Assembly (NCBI GenBank): GCA_965213705.1
Contig: OZ243913.1
Location: forward strand, 1,088,001 to 1,152,000
DNA from: Trueperaceae bacterium
GTDB taxonomy: Bacteria > Deinococcota > Deinococci > Deinococcales > Trueperaceae
Reading direction: 5' to 3'
DNA: 64,000 bases
The notes under the pieces were generated by a model, which worked only from the letters and a program-made list of their open reading frames with translations, had not been told where the DNA came from and did not search any database. Both the position numbers and the translations under genes were made by a program. This document shows positions 50,726 to 60,651 of the stretch, one piece after another. Positions within the stretch are counted from its first letter, which is position 1; the number at the start of each line of letters is the position of its first letter.

Positions 50726-50920
50726 AAAAGACTATAGCCTAGCCCGGGTCGGTGTTGGCCGTTTGAAAAACACTCACAAGTTCGCGGCGGTCCCGAGGAC
50801 GAGCCCAAAAGCGTCACGGCCAAAGTCGCTTTCCTTGAAAGTACCCGTGCAGCGCCGCACAGGGGAGCGTCGCACAGGGCAGGGCCGACTCAGTGCAGGG
50901 CCGCATGGGTCAAAGCCGAA

Positions 50921-51331
50921 TCAGTGCAGCGTCGCGCGCCTCGTTTCACCGTCGAGGGTGAGTTCGACGTGGAGCGCGTCGGGAAAAACCTCGAGCAGGG
51001 CGTCACCCCATTCGACGACGACGAGTCGGGCGCGCTCCAGGTAGTCCTCCAAACCGAGGTCGAGGAGGGCGGCCGCACTGTTCAGCCGGTACGCGTCTAT
51101 GTGGACGAGGGTGCCTGTCGGTGTCGGGTACTCGTGGACGAGCGTGTAGGTGGGACTGCTGACGTGAGCGGCGCTGCCCAGGGCCGCTCCCAGAGCTTGG
51201 GTGAGCGCCGTCTTGCCCGCGCCCAAAGGCCCGCTCAGGACCAGCAAACTACCGCGGGGCGCGACCGCGACGAGCCGCTGCGCCAGTCGCCGCGTGTCTT
51301 CCAAACTCTCAAGGTCGAACGAGGAGGGCAT
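50921..51331 (-). CDS. tsaE: tRNA t6A biosynthesis ATPase TsaE
   Basis: GPLGAGKT, SSPTYTL, HIDAYRL, VEW. Confidence 0.95.
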   Translation of the reverse strand: MPSSFDLESLEDTRRLAQRLVAVAPRGSLLVLSGPLGAGKTALTQALGAALGSAAHVSSPTYTLVHEYPTPTGTLVHIDAYRLNSAAALLDLGLEDYLERARLVVVEWGDALLEVFPDALHVELTLDGETRRATLH

Positions 51332-53582
51332 CGAGTTCGGCGAGGTGAGCGTGAAAACCCAGCAGCGTGTCGTCCAAGCGGTCGGGTTCGACGCAGAGGG
51401 CGAGTCGGTAACCGGTTTCTAGAGTCGCGCTGAGAAGCGCGGTGTGAGCGAGTTCTACAAGGGCCAGCCGGGTTTTGCCCACGGCCAACTCTTGGCCGAG
51501 TTCGCCTGCGTTGCGGTTCAGTTTGGTGAGCACAGGGTAGAGGTCGTCCGGCCGCTCGAGCCCCGCCCCAAAGGAGTCCAGCCCGCGCGCACCCAACACG
51601 CGGCCCTGCGGGTCCCACAGGAGGACGGCTTGCACACCGGAGTCGCCAAAAGCTTCGGCAACCCAGCGCTCGGGCCGACCTGGCCCTGCGGGCTGAACGG
51701 GTGGCGCGGAGGGGGCGTCGAAAAATCCGAACAAACCCTCCAGCGCGCCGCTGCTAACAAGCTGGTCGGCGACGGCGCGGGTTGCGCCGTACTGGGCTTG
51801 CAGTTCGCTCAGCAGCGTCTCGGTTTCGCTCAGGGCGGCGGCCAGCTCGTCCCTGACAGGGGCCGAAACGTGTTCAAACGCGTCTCTCTGACCGTTCAGG
51901 TACTGCAACAGAGCGCCGACCTTGAAGGTTTCTTCGCTGTTGAGTTTGGCGACCTCCTCAAACGTTTCCAGGGCCGCGTCCAAGCGTCCGCCGAAGTCGG
52001 TGCTGCGCCGCTCCAGCAGGGTTTGCACCGTTGTAAGGAGCGCCCAGAGGTTTGCGAGCGTCTCTAAAGCCACGTCTTGTTCCAGCAGCGTCCTGGCCGC
52101 TCGCACACGCTTTTTCAAGTCCAGAAACTCCGGTAGGGTTACGCCTTCGTAGCGGCTGACTTGCTCCTCCAACGCGTGCAGGTCGCTGAGTTGCGCGGCG
52201 AGGCGAGACTCCTCAGCACGTGAACGAGCGGGCGCGTCCTCGGGCGGGGCGTCACCCGAGCTTTCAACCGTCTCGGGTGACGCTCCGTAGCTCGAGGCCA
52301 AGTGGTACAAGCTGCGCAGGTGCTGGACGTCGCGCAGGGGCGGCAGCGAGGTGTCCAGTACGCTCAGCGTGACCTGCAGGTATTGCACCAACTCGGTCGT
52401 GTCGAAGCGGCTGGCGCCTGCTGCGGCGAGCGCCCAACTGCTGAGGGCCTCGCGGATTTCTTTGAGTTCGTCGCTCAGCGCCTCACGTTCCGCCGCCGCC
52501 GCTGCGGCGAAAGAGCGGCGCAGCTGGCCCAGTTCGGTTGTCGGCGGCGCGCCCGCGCTGAGTTGTGCGGCGTAGCGGGTCAGGTCTTCCGCGAGCGCCG
52601 GACGGTAGCTCAACAGGTCGGCATAGTCGCTCGCCAACTTGTCGAGGCTACGACGTTCGTCGACCAGGTCGAGTTGCAGCAACCTGGCGCCCACGTCTGC
52701 GTCGGGCGAGCCGACCGCCTGAGCCGTACCGGCTTGGTCGCTACCGGGACGAGCGCTACCAGGACGAGTGCTATCGGGGCGAGCGCTGCCCGAGCTGAGC
52801 GGGCCGTCGGCTTCGCCCCCGGCTGCCGGCAGCCCCGCCTCGTTCGGGGTAGGTGCGGCCTCCAAGGCCACGCTCGACTCCATGAGTTTGCGCAGGTCGG
52901 CCGTGAGTTTGTAAGCCCGCTCGACCTCGGCGGGCGCGAGGGACTGCGCTTGCTGCGCCGTTTGCACCTGACCTATGAGGTTTTCCAGCCGGCGCACCTT
53001 GGGACCGCCTAAAAACTTGACGACTTCGAAAGACGTGTTCAGTTCGGCGAGCGCTTTGGCCTGGTAGACGAGTTGGTCGGTCAGCTTTTCCTCGACCAGA
53101 ACGAGGTTTTGGCGGGCCTCTTCCAAGAGTCGGCCCGTTTCGCGACCGGCTAGGTACTCGGCGTCTAAAAGTTGAAGTTGGGCGCGCAACTTTTGGACTT
53201 CGGGCCACTCGAAGTAAAGATTGAAAGGCTTCAAACGAGCGCGCAATTCGCCCAGCGCTGCTTCCTGGGAAGGCTTGCTGGGTGTGGCTGGGCCAGCGGC
53301 CGAACTGTTGACGCCCGACTCCGTTTTAGCGTCCAGTTTCTTGAGGCTTTCCATAATGTGTTGCAGCTTGGTTTTTGCCTCGGTGACCGGCATGACGACC
53401 TGAAGTTGGCGGTACACGTGAACTTTCAAGATTTTGTCGACGTCGGCGTACTGCAGCGTCGCCGGCGTCTTGGTGAGGGCTTGCAACCCCTCTTGCAGTG
53501 TGCGGGACACGACGCGGGGCGGCAGCAAGGTCTCGAGGGCCGTGACGGTAGCTTGGTAGACGGTGTTGGCTGTATCACTCAT
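51309..53582 (-). CDS. Long helical protein with probable C-terminal Roadblock/LC7-like domain
   Basis: N-terminal domain shared with 55606-56592, FNLYFEWPEVQKLR motif, long helical body, C-terminal GVQAVLLWDPQGRVL beta-rich domain. Confidence 0.75.
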   Translation of the reverse strand: MSDTANTVYQATVTALETLLPPRVVSRTLQEGLQALTKTPATLQYADVDKILKVHVYRQLQVVMPVTEAKTKLQHIMESLKKLDAKTESGVNSSAAGPATPSKPSQEAALGELRARLKPFNLYFEWPEVQKLRAQLQLLDAEYLAGRETGRLLEEARQNLVLVEEKLTDQLVYQAKALAELNTSFEVVKFLGGPKVRRLENLIGQVQTAQQAQSLAPAEVERAYKLTADLRKLMESSVALEAAPTPNEAGLPAAGGEADGPLSSGSARPDSTRPGSARPGSDQAGTAQAVGSPDADVGARLLQLDLVDERRSLDKLASDYADLLSYRPALAEDLTRYAAQLSAGAPPTTELGQLRRSFAAAAAAEREALSDELKEIREALSSWALAAAGASRFDTTELVQYLQVTLSVLDTSLPPLRDVQHLRSLYHLASSYGASPETVESSGDAPPEDAPARSRAEESRLAAQLSDLHALEEQVSRYEGVTLPEFLDLKKRVRAARTLLEQDVALETLANLWALLTTVQTLLERRSTDFGGRLDAALETFEEVAKLNSEETFKVGALLQYLNGQRDAFEHVSAPVRDELAAALSETETLLSELQAQYGATRAVADQLVSSGALEGLFGFFDAPSAPPVQPAGPGRPERWVAEAFGDSGVQAVLLWDPQGRVLGARGLDSFGAGLERPDDLYPVLTKLNRNAGELGQELAVGKTRLALVELAHTALLSATLETGYRLALCVEPDRLDDTLLGFHAHLAELDALLVRP

Positions 53583-53707
53583 AGAAGACGTCAATCATAG
53601 CTGGAGCCAGGGCTGGGGTCGAAAGCCGGAACCGGGAAGAGGCCATTACAGCGCGTCCGGTAGCGAACAGGGCCGGGCTCGGCGGCACGCCGAGCCCGGT
53701 CGCCGAC

Positions 53708-55609
53708 CTAGAACTCCTCGTCCCAGTCGACGGCTGTGCCGGTGCTGGCGCGCCCCAAAGGGGCGTCGCCGGGGCTGATGACGGTGTCACCGGCGCTGCG
53801 CTTGCCCAGCAGTCCGAACTGTACGCAGATGCCGTAGAGCCCGGCCACCGCGAGGCCGATGGCGAGGGCGCTCAGCAGCGCCCAAACGACCTGGCTCACC
53901 GTGTTTTGAAAAATGGAAAAGGCCGACAAGCCGCCCAAGACGGCGACGCCGCTCAAGGCGGCAAGCAGCTCGAGCAGTGAAGTCAACCCCTCGTACATGA
54001 TGGGCAGCAGCAGCAAAAACAAGGCCGCTCCGACCAATCGCCAGTTGCGGTTGGCACCCCCGAACGCGAGGTTGAGCAAGTACAGGGGCACGACGGCCAG
54101 CAGTCCCAACACCATCATCACCAGCAGCCGCAGCCAGCCGGACCACACCAAACTCGTGCTCAGCACCAAACCGGGGCCGGGCGCGGCGGTGCCGCTGAGT
54201 GCCGCGGCCACGCGGTCGGTTTGACCGACCAGCACGGCTCCGTCTTGCAAGCGCAGGCCGGGAGCGGTGGCGAAGTGGTTGACCAAGCGGCGCGTGTCGG
54301 CGCTTAGTGGTGCGTTAGCGCCCAACAGGGGCGCTAAAAAACGTTCGAAGGTGTCTCGGTAAGCCTCGAGCCGAGCCTGGACGCTGCTCGCGTTGCCGCT
54401 CTCTATGGCCGACAGGGTCCGGCTGCTGTCGGCGTAAAGCGCTTCGACGGCGTCGGTGACGCTCTCGAGGTCACGCGCTGCGTAGTCGTTCAGCAGGTCG
54501 GCGCGGCTGTCCCCAGCCAGGCCGAAAGTGGACAACTCCGCGGCCAAGTCGGCCTGGTTCGTGTTGAGCAGGGGCAGCGCCGGGACCGGGGTCGGGGTGC
54601 CGGGTGCGGCCGCCGTGGGCGTTTGACCCTCCTGGCCGCCGGTCTCGAGTTCACTAGTCTCGAGTTCACCAGTCTCGAGCGCGCCGTTTTCAGCCGGTGC
54701 GCTCAAGGGCGACGCCGCGTTCGGGCCGAATCCGGCCGCCGGCGCAGCGGGGACGGCGGCGGCCGGATTCGGACTTGGAGCCGTACCGACGTCTTGTTGC
54801 AGAACTCCTTGTGCAGCGGCCTCGGCCGCGCCCTGAAAGTCGCTCAGGCTCTGGCCCAGCGTTGCGAGCCTGCCCTGCAAAGTTTCCGAGTCGTCAGTTA
54901 CCAGCGCCTGAAAAGCTTGGCTGAAAGCGACCGTGGTCGCGGCGCTCACGCGCGGCGAGTCTTGCACCGGCAAAAAGTGGGCGTAAGCCTCGGCCAGGGC
55001 TGAATAGGTCGCGTCTTTGTCGCCCGGCACCGCACTTGCCTCGTTCAGGTGGGTTTGTACCGTGACGGCCGCACCGGTGTCAAAAGCGGTGATGAGCGCG
55101 GGGTAGGTATCGGCCCCGTTCAGGGCGTCCAAGTTGGGGTCGCTGAAAGTCATGTCGGCGGCGATGCGGGCCAAGCGCTCGCGGCTCAGGCTCACGTCGC
55201 CTTCGTTTGCCGCGCGCAGCGCCGACTCGTAAACGAGTCGCCAAAAGCCGCCCCGCAACACCGCTACTTGCACGCCCAAGTCGGTCGCGCTCCTGTTTTG
55301 AACCGCCGTTTCCGCGCGCGTAAAGGTGCGTTCCAGGGCCGTCACCAAGTTCGGGCTGCTGGTGTCGCGCGACAGGGCGCGCAGGGTTTGGGCGGCTTGG
55401 TCGAGGGCATCTAAGCTCAAGGAACCGTCTTCGGACAGCGCGCCGAGCGCCCCGTTCAAGCGCTCAACGGCCAGGTCGTAACTTTGCAAAACGGCGTCGT
55501 TGTCTTGCGGGACGTCGGCGAAACCGTCTTGAGCGAAACCGTCCTGAGCAAGGCCCAGCGCAACGACCAGCAGCCCGCATCCAAAGACGTGACCTAAAGC
55601 GCGCTTCAT
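53708..55609 (-). CDS. Exported/membrane-anchored hypothetical protein (signal peptide, helical ectodomain, about 3 C-terminal TM helices)
   Basis: Signal peptide ending GLA-Q; hydrophobic C-terminus; DWDEEF tail. Confidence 0.8.
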   Translation of the reverse strand: MKRALGHVFGCGLLVVALGLAQDGFAQDGFADVPQDNDAVLQSYDLAVERLNGALGALSEDGSLSLDALDQAAQTLRALSRDTSSPNLVTALERTFTRAETAVQNRSATDLGVQVAVLRGGFWRLVYESALRAANEGDVSLSRERLARIAADMTFSDPNLDALNGADTYPALITAFDTGAAVTVQTHLNEASAVPGDKDATYSALAEAYAHFLPVQDSPRVSAATTVAFSQAFQALVTDDSETLQGRLATLGQSLSDFQGAAEAAAQGVLQQDVGTAPSPNPAAAVPAAPAAGFGPNAASPLSAPAENGALETGELETSELETGGQEGQTPTAAAPGTPTPVPALPLLNTNQADLAAELSTFGLAGDSRADLLNDYAARDLESVTDAVEALYADSSRTLSAIESGNASSVQARLEAYRDTFERFLAPLLGANAPLSADTRRLVNHFATAPGLRLQDGAVLVGQTDRVAAALSGTAAPGPGLVLSTSLVWSGWLRLLVMMVLGLLAVVPLYLLNLAFGGANRNWRLVGAALFLLLLPIMYEGLTSLLELLAALSGVAVLGGLSAFSIFQNTVSQVVWALLSALAIGLAVAGLYGICVQFGLLGKRSAGDTVISPGDAPLGRASTGTAVDWDEEF

Positions 55610-56592
55610 AGTTCCTCCTTGAATTTGTGCAGGGTCGCAAACACGAGCCCGAGGTTGAGTTCACTGCTGCCTATCAGCATAAGCGCAACCTCCCCGAACG
55701 GAAAGAGAAAAAGCTGACCCCGGCTGTGCGCGACGTAAAAGGTCCGCAACTCGCCGCTGCGGCCCAACAGCTTGAGGCCCAAACTCCCCAAGCGCGACAG
55801 GGCCTCGACCTCAAAACCGTCGCCCCGGACCGAAGTCACGCAGCCGCCTTCGAAAACCGCGACCATCTCGACGTGTTCCAGTTGGGCAAACGCGAGTACG
55901 AGGTCGTCGCGCGTCGCCGGGTCCATAACGGGCGCCCATGAGCTTTGAGCAGGCGGCTTGAGCACCTGGGTAGTCGGCTCGAGCACCTGGGCAGGGCTCG
56001 CCGCCGGCCCGAGACCGGTCGCCGCTACGTTCACCCCGGCTGACTTTTCACCGGTCAAAGGCCCGACAGCCGGGTACCGGTCAGCTGGGTAACCGGTAGC
56101 TGCTTGTTCGGTAGTTGCTTGTTCGGTAGTTGCTTGTTCAGCAGTTGCGTGTTCGGTAACCCGAGGCTCGACCGCTGGCTGCCCGAGAAGGGGCGGTGCG
56201 GCGTCCGGCGCTGCCCCCGCAACAGCTCTTCCGGGAGCGGCTTCGACGAGGGACGCGGACGCCGCACCGCCGTCACCGGTTGGGGAACGGCCGGCCGGGG
56301 CGTGACGGCTGGGCGCGCCAGCTGCGGCGTTCTCGGGTGTCTCGTCCGCGTCCAGCGTTTTGAGCGTTTTGGCAAGCTTTTTGAGGCTCAGCTCGAGCCC
56401 GGCGCGCGGCAAAATGGCGGCGAGGTCTCGCAGCACCGAACTTTTCAAAACCGTTTTCATTTCCAAAGCGCTGACGGTCTCGGCTGAACAGCGGGCGTCG
56501 CGCAGACCGTTGTCCAGCACTTGCGAGGCGACCCGTGCGGACACGAGCTGGGTCAGGCCGTCATGCGTCGTCGCATAAACTTTGTTCACCAT
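55606..56592 (-). CDS. Probable Roadblock/LC7-like domain protein with low-complexity linker
   Basis: N-terminal helical domain, Ala/Pro/Thr linker with EQATT repeats, C-terminal domain ending ELNLGLVFATL. Confidence 0.75.
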   Translation of the reverse strand: MVNKVYATTHDGLTQLVSARVASQVLDNGLRDARCSAETVSALEMKTVLKSSVLRDLAAILPRAGLELSLKKLAKTLKTLDADETPENAAAGAPSRHAPAGRSPTGDGGAASASLVEAAPGRAVAGAAPDAAPPLLGQPAVEPRVTEHATAEQATTEQATTEQAATGYPADRYPAVGPLTGEKSAGVNVAATGLGPAASPAQVLEPTTQVLKPPAQSSWAPVMDPATRDDLVLAFAQLEHVEMVAVFEGGCVTSVRGDGFEVEALSRLGSLGLKLLGRSGELRTFYVAHSRGQLFLFPFGEVALMLIGSSELNLGLVFATLHKFKEEL

Positions 56593-56945
56593 CGGTTTTC
56601 TGACACAGCGCCCGGTACCGCCTGGGTAAGCGCTCGCAGCCTCCCTCGACCTGAACACCCCGGACTTGCCGTCGAAACGCAAACCGGGGCTGACCTCAGC
56701 ATAGGCGTTGTGGACCCGCCGTCATGTGAAAAATTCGCAAAACAGTCGTGTTCGATTTTGTACCGCGCGAGGGAACTCGGCGGCCCGCTCTTACGTTTGT
56801 CGACACGCTTCCAGCGGCTTGCGGACGCTGAGGGGTGGGGCAGAGAACGACGGGGCACTGGCGACCGGCAGCGCAGACCGCGACAAAAGACAGCTCTATG
56901 TCCGTCTGCGTTTTTGTGCGCGGCGCCGAGTCAGCGTTCGGGGTC

Positions 56946-57392
56946 TTAGAGCGGTGTACCCGCCGCGACCGAGCCCGCGACCCAGCTCGACTTCTCACCG
57001 GTCACCTCGCGCTTCCAGACCGGCAGCAGTTCCTTGGCGCGGTCGATGCCGAGCTGACACGCGCCCAGCGCGTCCTTGCGGTGCGGTGAAGACACGACGA
57101 CGGCGATGCTGGCCTCGCCGGGTCTGAGCCGGCCCAAGCGGTGCGCCACGACGAGCCCGCCCAAGTCAAAAGCCGCGCGCAACTCTGCTGCTAACACCTG
57201 TAACTGGGTATGCAGCATGGTTTCGTAGCCTTCGTAGTCGATATAGCTGACCTGTTCGCCCGCGTTGGGCGAGCGCACTGTGCCCAAAAAACTCGCGACC
57301 GCCCCGAACCGGGGCGCGCTGACAAGCTCCAAGTAGCGCTCCGGCTCGAGCGGGTCCCGGGTGACGAACAAGTGGTTTTGCGTTTCGCCCAC
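56946..57392 (-). CDS. moaE: Molybdopterin synthase catalytic subunit
   Basis: GAVASFLGTVR, HRLGRL, SSPHR, PVWKRE. Confidence 0.95.
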   Translation of the reverse strand: MGETQNHLFVTRDPLEPERYLELVSAPRFGAVASFLGTVRSPNAGEQVSYIDYEGYETMLHTQLQVLAAELRAAFDLGGLVVAHRLGRLRPGEASIAVVVSSPHRKDALGACQLGIDRAKELLPVWKREVTGEKSSWVAGSVAAGTPL

Positions 57393-57394
57393 GG

Positions 57395-57631
57395 CTAGCC
57401 CCCCGAAACCGGCGGGAAAAAAGCGACCGTGTCGCCGTCCGCAACCTGTTGTTCGGGCGCGGCGTAGTGCTCGTTGAGCGCGCAAAGGCTGCCGCTGAGG
57501 GCCAAGTTGTGGCTGCGCTCGAGCTGTTCGGCAAGTTCCCGAACCGTGGTGGGGGTGTCCAAACTGAGGTTTAACTCTCTGGCCCCGGCCGCTTCCCGCA
57601 GGCTCGCAAAAAACAACACCGTAACGTTCAT
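57395..57631 (-). CDS. moaD: Molybdopterin synthase sulfur carrier subunit
   Basis: VLFFASLRE, C-terminal PPVSGG. Confidence 0.95.
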   Translation of the reverse strand: MNVTVLFFASLREAAGARELNLSLDTPTTVRELAEQLERSHNLALSGSLCALNEHYAAPEQQVADGDTVAFFPPVSGG

Positions 57632-57709
57632 AGAAGCAGTTTATAGCAAACCCGGTGGGGGAGGTATCAGGCTCGGGACCGGCACCTGTGTACGGCCCGC
57701 CGGCCTCGC

Positions 57710-58660
57710 TCAGTTCAGCGGCGCTTGGGCAAGCTGCGTAGCGGCAAGCTGGGTCACGCCGTAGGCGACGGTGAGACTTTCACGATAGCGCATCCGCACG
57801 GGTCCCAGAATAGTGAGGCTGCCAAAACCGTTGCCGAAAGGCAGCCGTGCGGTCACGCTGGCGAGGGTCTCGTCGAACACGATGACGAGGTCGTCGGCGG
57901 CGGCGGTTTCCGGGTTTTCGACGCGCTCGACCACGGTGCGCACAAACGTGGGGTCGACGGACTCGGGCTCGCTCAGGAGGTGCCGGAGTCCTTGGGAAAA
58001 CAGCCGCGGCGGGCCGACGTAACTCAGGGCGTCGGCCAAGGCTTTGAGCGTGTCGGCGAGCGAAGCCTCGGTCCGCCGCGCGATGTCGGCCAGGCCCTCG
58101 CTCAGCTCACCGACCGGCAGCGCGAGTTGCCGCAGGTTGCGCTCCGCGTCACGCAACACCTCGTCCGTGGGGGCCGGGTCGACCTCGACCGCGACCTGGC
58201 GAATGAGGCCGTTCTCGAGCACGATGACTGCCAAGAGCCGCGTGCTCGAGACGATAGACAAGTGAATTTCCAGGGCTTGCAGCGTGTCGTCGGCGGGTAA
58301 GCTCACCACGACCGCGTAGTTCGACAGTTCGGCGCCGGCGTCGGCGACGCGCTGAAACAGCGTTTCGCCGTGACTGCCGCGCAACCGCTGCGCGACGAGC
58401 CGGCGCTGCTGCTCGGCCAAGTGGCCGGGCGGAATAAACTTGTTGGCGTAGCGCCGGTAGGCAAGCGACGTCGGCACGCGGCCCGCCGAGGTGTGCGGCT
58501 GCTGCAGGTAACCTTGTTCTTCCAGGGCGCAAAAATCGTTGCGGACGGTCGCGCTGCTCATGCCGAGTTGCAGCGCAACCTGGGCCGACGCTACCGGCCG
58601 GGCCGACCCTATGTAGCCTTCGGTGACGAGGTCGAGAATGTAGGCGCGGCGCTCGTTCAT
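57710..58660 (-). CDS. hrcA: Heat-inducible transcription repressor
   Basis: SSATVRND, QPHTSAGRVPT, LGPVRMRY. Confidence 0.95.
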   Translation of the reverse strand: MNERRAYILDLVTEGYIGSARPVASAQVALQLGMSSATVRNDFCALEEQGYLQQPHTSAGRVPTSLAYRRYANKFIPPGHLAEQQRRLVAQRLRGSHGETLFQRVADAGAELSNYAVVVSLPADDTLQALEIHLSIVSSTRLLAVIVLENGLIRQVAVEVDPAPTDEVLRDAERNLRQLALPVGELSEGLADIARRTEASLADTLKALADALSYVGPPRLFSQGLRHLLSEPESVDPTFVRTVVERVENPETAAADDLVIVFDETLASVTARLPFGNGFGSLTILGPVRMRYRESLTVAYGVTQLAATQLAQAPLN

Positions 58661-58834
58661 GCTTTGCACTATAGCACGTTGTCCCCGGATTTTAAGTAAA
58701 AATGCCGACGGGAACGTGGTTCAGGCGCATTGCGCCCTGCTGAAACGACCTCAGCTCCCGCACGTGTTTTGCAGAGGGGCTGAAAGTTTTTCGTTTTTAC
58801 AAACAACCGACAACGAAGGACGAACAACCTCCTT

Positions 58835-58872
58835 GTACTCGGTACTTTCGACTCGGTACTCGGTACTTTTTT
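58835..58872. repeat. Heptamer repeat family A, copy 3
   Basis: Reverse complement shares 27 identical bp (aaagtaccgagtaccgagtcgaaagta) with 60652-60678. Confidence 0.8.
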
Positions 58873-58876
58873 GTCC

Positions 58877-60061
58877 TCAGTTACTCACGTCCAAGTAGTC
58901 AAGCGCCCCCTTGGTGAGCAGTTCCACGGCCAGCGGCAACACCTCTTCGTCGATGTCGAATTTGGGGTGATGGTGCGGGTAGTGCGTTCCCTTGGCCTCG
59001 TCGCCCGCGCCGACGAAAAAGTAGCAGCCCGGCGCTCGCTGCAGCCACAGCGACATGTCGTCGCCGCCCATGATTTGTGGGGCCTCGAGCACCCGGCCCT
59101 CACCCACAACCTCCCGCGCCACCGCGCGAAAGCGCTCGGTTGCCGCCGCGTCGTTCACCACGGCCGGGGAGCCGTCGCGCCACTCCACGTCCACTTCGCC
59201 CCGGAACATCTCGACTACGCTTTTCGCAACCGTTTTGACGCGCTCGGTCAGGTAGCTGCGCGTGTGCGGGCTGAAGGTGCGCAGCGTGCCTTTGAGTTCG
59301 ACCTCTTCGGGGATGATGTTGTACGCCGAGCCGCCCTGGACGGACGTCATGGTGATGACCGCCTGGTCTACGGGGTCGACCTCGCGCGCGACGAGGCTTT
59401 GCAGACTCGTGACCAGGTTGGCCGCAATCATGACCGGGTCGACGCTGTCCTGGGGCCGCGCGGCGTGGCCGCCCTTGCCCTTGACCAGTATTTGGAACGA
59501 GTCCGTCGCCGCCATCGCCGGGCCGGTGCGCACCGCCACCACACCCGCCGGATGCGCGCTGCTGAGGTGAAGGCCGATGCTGTGGTCGGGCTCGAGGCCG
59601 TCCAAGGCCCCGTCGTCCAGCATCGCCTGCGCGCCGCGCACGATTTCCTCGGCGGGTTGAAACACGAAGACGAGCTTGCCCTTCAAGCTGTCGCGCCGCT
59701 CGCTCAAGATTTTGGCCGCGGAGAGCAGGACGGAGGCGTGCCCGTCGTGGCCGCAGGCGTGCATTTTGCCGTCCAAGGTGGAGCGGTACTCGGTCTCGCA
59801 CTCTTCACGCACCGGCAGCGCGTCGATGTCGGCGCGCATCAGCACGGTTTTACCCTCTTTGCCCGTGTCGAGCACCGCCACCACGCCCGTCTTGCCGACG
59901 CCGGTTCTCACGTCCAGGTCTAAGTCTTTGAGCTTGTCCGCGATGATTCCGGCGGTGCGGGTCTCTTCAAAGGCGATTTCGGGGTGGCGGTGAAAGTCGC
60001 GCCGGGTGGCGACGGTTTCTTCGGCGAGAGCTTGGGCGGCTGTGTGAACGGCGTCGGACAT
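58877..60061 (-). CDS. M20D family amidohydrolase
   Basis: RRDFHRHPE, RADIDALP, MHACGHDGH, FQPAEE, GKGGHAA, HHHPKFDIDE. Confidence 0.94.
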   Translation of the reverse strand: MSDAVHTAAQALAEETVATRRDFHRHPEIAFEETRTAGIIADKLKDLDLDVRTGVGKTGVVAVLDTGKEGKTVLMRADIDALPVREECETEYRSTLDGKMHACGHDGHASVLLSAAKILSERRDSLKGKLVFVFQPAEEIVRGAQAMLDDGALDGLEPDHSIGLHLSSAHPAGVVAVRTGPAMAATDSFQILVKGKGGHAARPQDSVDPVMIAANLVTSLQSLVAREVDPVDQAVITMTSVQGGSAYNIIPEEVELKGTLRTFSPHTRSYLTERVKTVAKSVVEMFRGEVDVEWRDGSPAVVNDAAATERFRAVAREVVGEGRVLEAPQIMGGDDMSLWLQRAPGCYFFVGAGDEAKGTHYPHHHPKFDIDEEVLPLAVELLTKGALDYLDVSN

Positions 60062-60136
60062 GTTAGGTCTCCTTATCTTTTGGCTCGAGCATACCTTGGC
60101 AGACAATGGAAAACTGCTCCTGCCGAGGGGTTAAGT

Positions 60137-60601
60137 TCAAGTCTCAGCCAGCTCGAGCGCCACAGCGAACTCTGCGGCCGTCACCGGCATCACGCTGAGG
60201 CGGTTGCCGCGCTGGACGAGCCGCATGTCCACTAAACGCCCATCTTTTTTCAGTTCTGAGAGCGTGACCGGGTGTGGCAACTTTTCAACAGCTTTGACGT
60301 CGATGCTGAACCAGCGCGGCGCGTCGTCGGTGGCCTTGGCGTCGTAATAGTCGCTTGCAGGGTCGAACTGCGTGGGGTCGGGATAAGGTGCGGAGGCGAC
60401 CTCGGCCACGCCGACCACGCCCGGCGGCGTGGTGCTCGAGTGGTAGAAGAGAATTCTGTCCCCCAGTTTCATGTCGTCACGCATAAAGTTCCGCGCCTGG
60501 TAGTTCCGCACGCCCTCCCAGGCCGTGGTGCGGCCAGGCGCGGCGAGCAGGTCGTCGAAGCTGAAGGTGTCGGGTTCGCTCTTGAAAAGCCAGTGGGTCA
60601 T
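60137..60601 (-). CDS. EVE domain-containing protein
   Basis: HWLFKSEP, WEGVRNYQARN, FYHS, RLSVMPV; -10 TAGACT 7 nt before ATG. Confidence 0.93.
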   Translation of the reverse strand: MTHWLFKSEPDTFSFDDLLAAPGRTTAWEGVRNYQARNFMRDDMKLGDRILFYHSSTTPPGVVGVAEVASAPYPDPTQFDPASDYYDAKATDDAPRWFSIDVKAVEKLPHPVTLSELKKDGRLVDMRLVQRGNRLSVMPVTAAEFAVALELAET

Positions 60602-60651
60602 GGGGGCGAGTCTAACAAGCGTGTGCGCGCGAAATTTGGACGTGTCGGAAG

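Noticed and set aside
56600..56940. Riboswitch or ncRNA upstream of the roadblock module (hairpin ccccgg...ccgggg near 56657-56688)
   Set aside because: One GC-rich hairpin without a recognisable aptamer consensus
10708..59923. Long antisense ORFs (e.g. 10708-12012, 13725-14777, 22834-24036, 35401-36771, 58871-59923)
   Set aside because: Shadow frames of high-GC genes on the opposite strand with no family motifs
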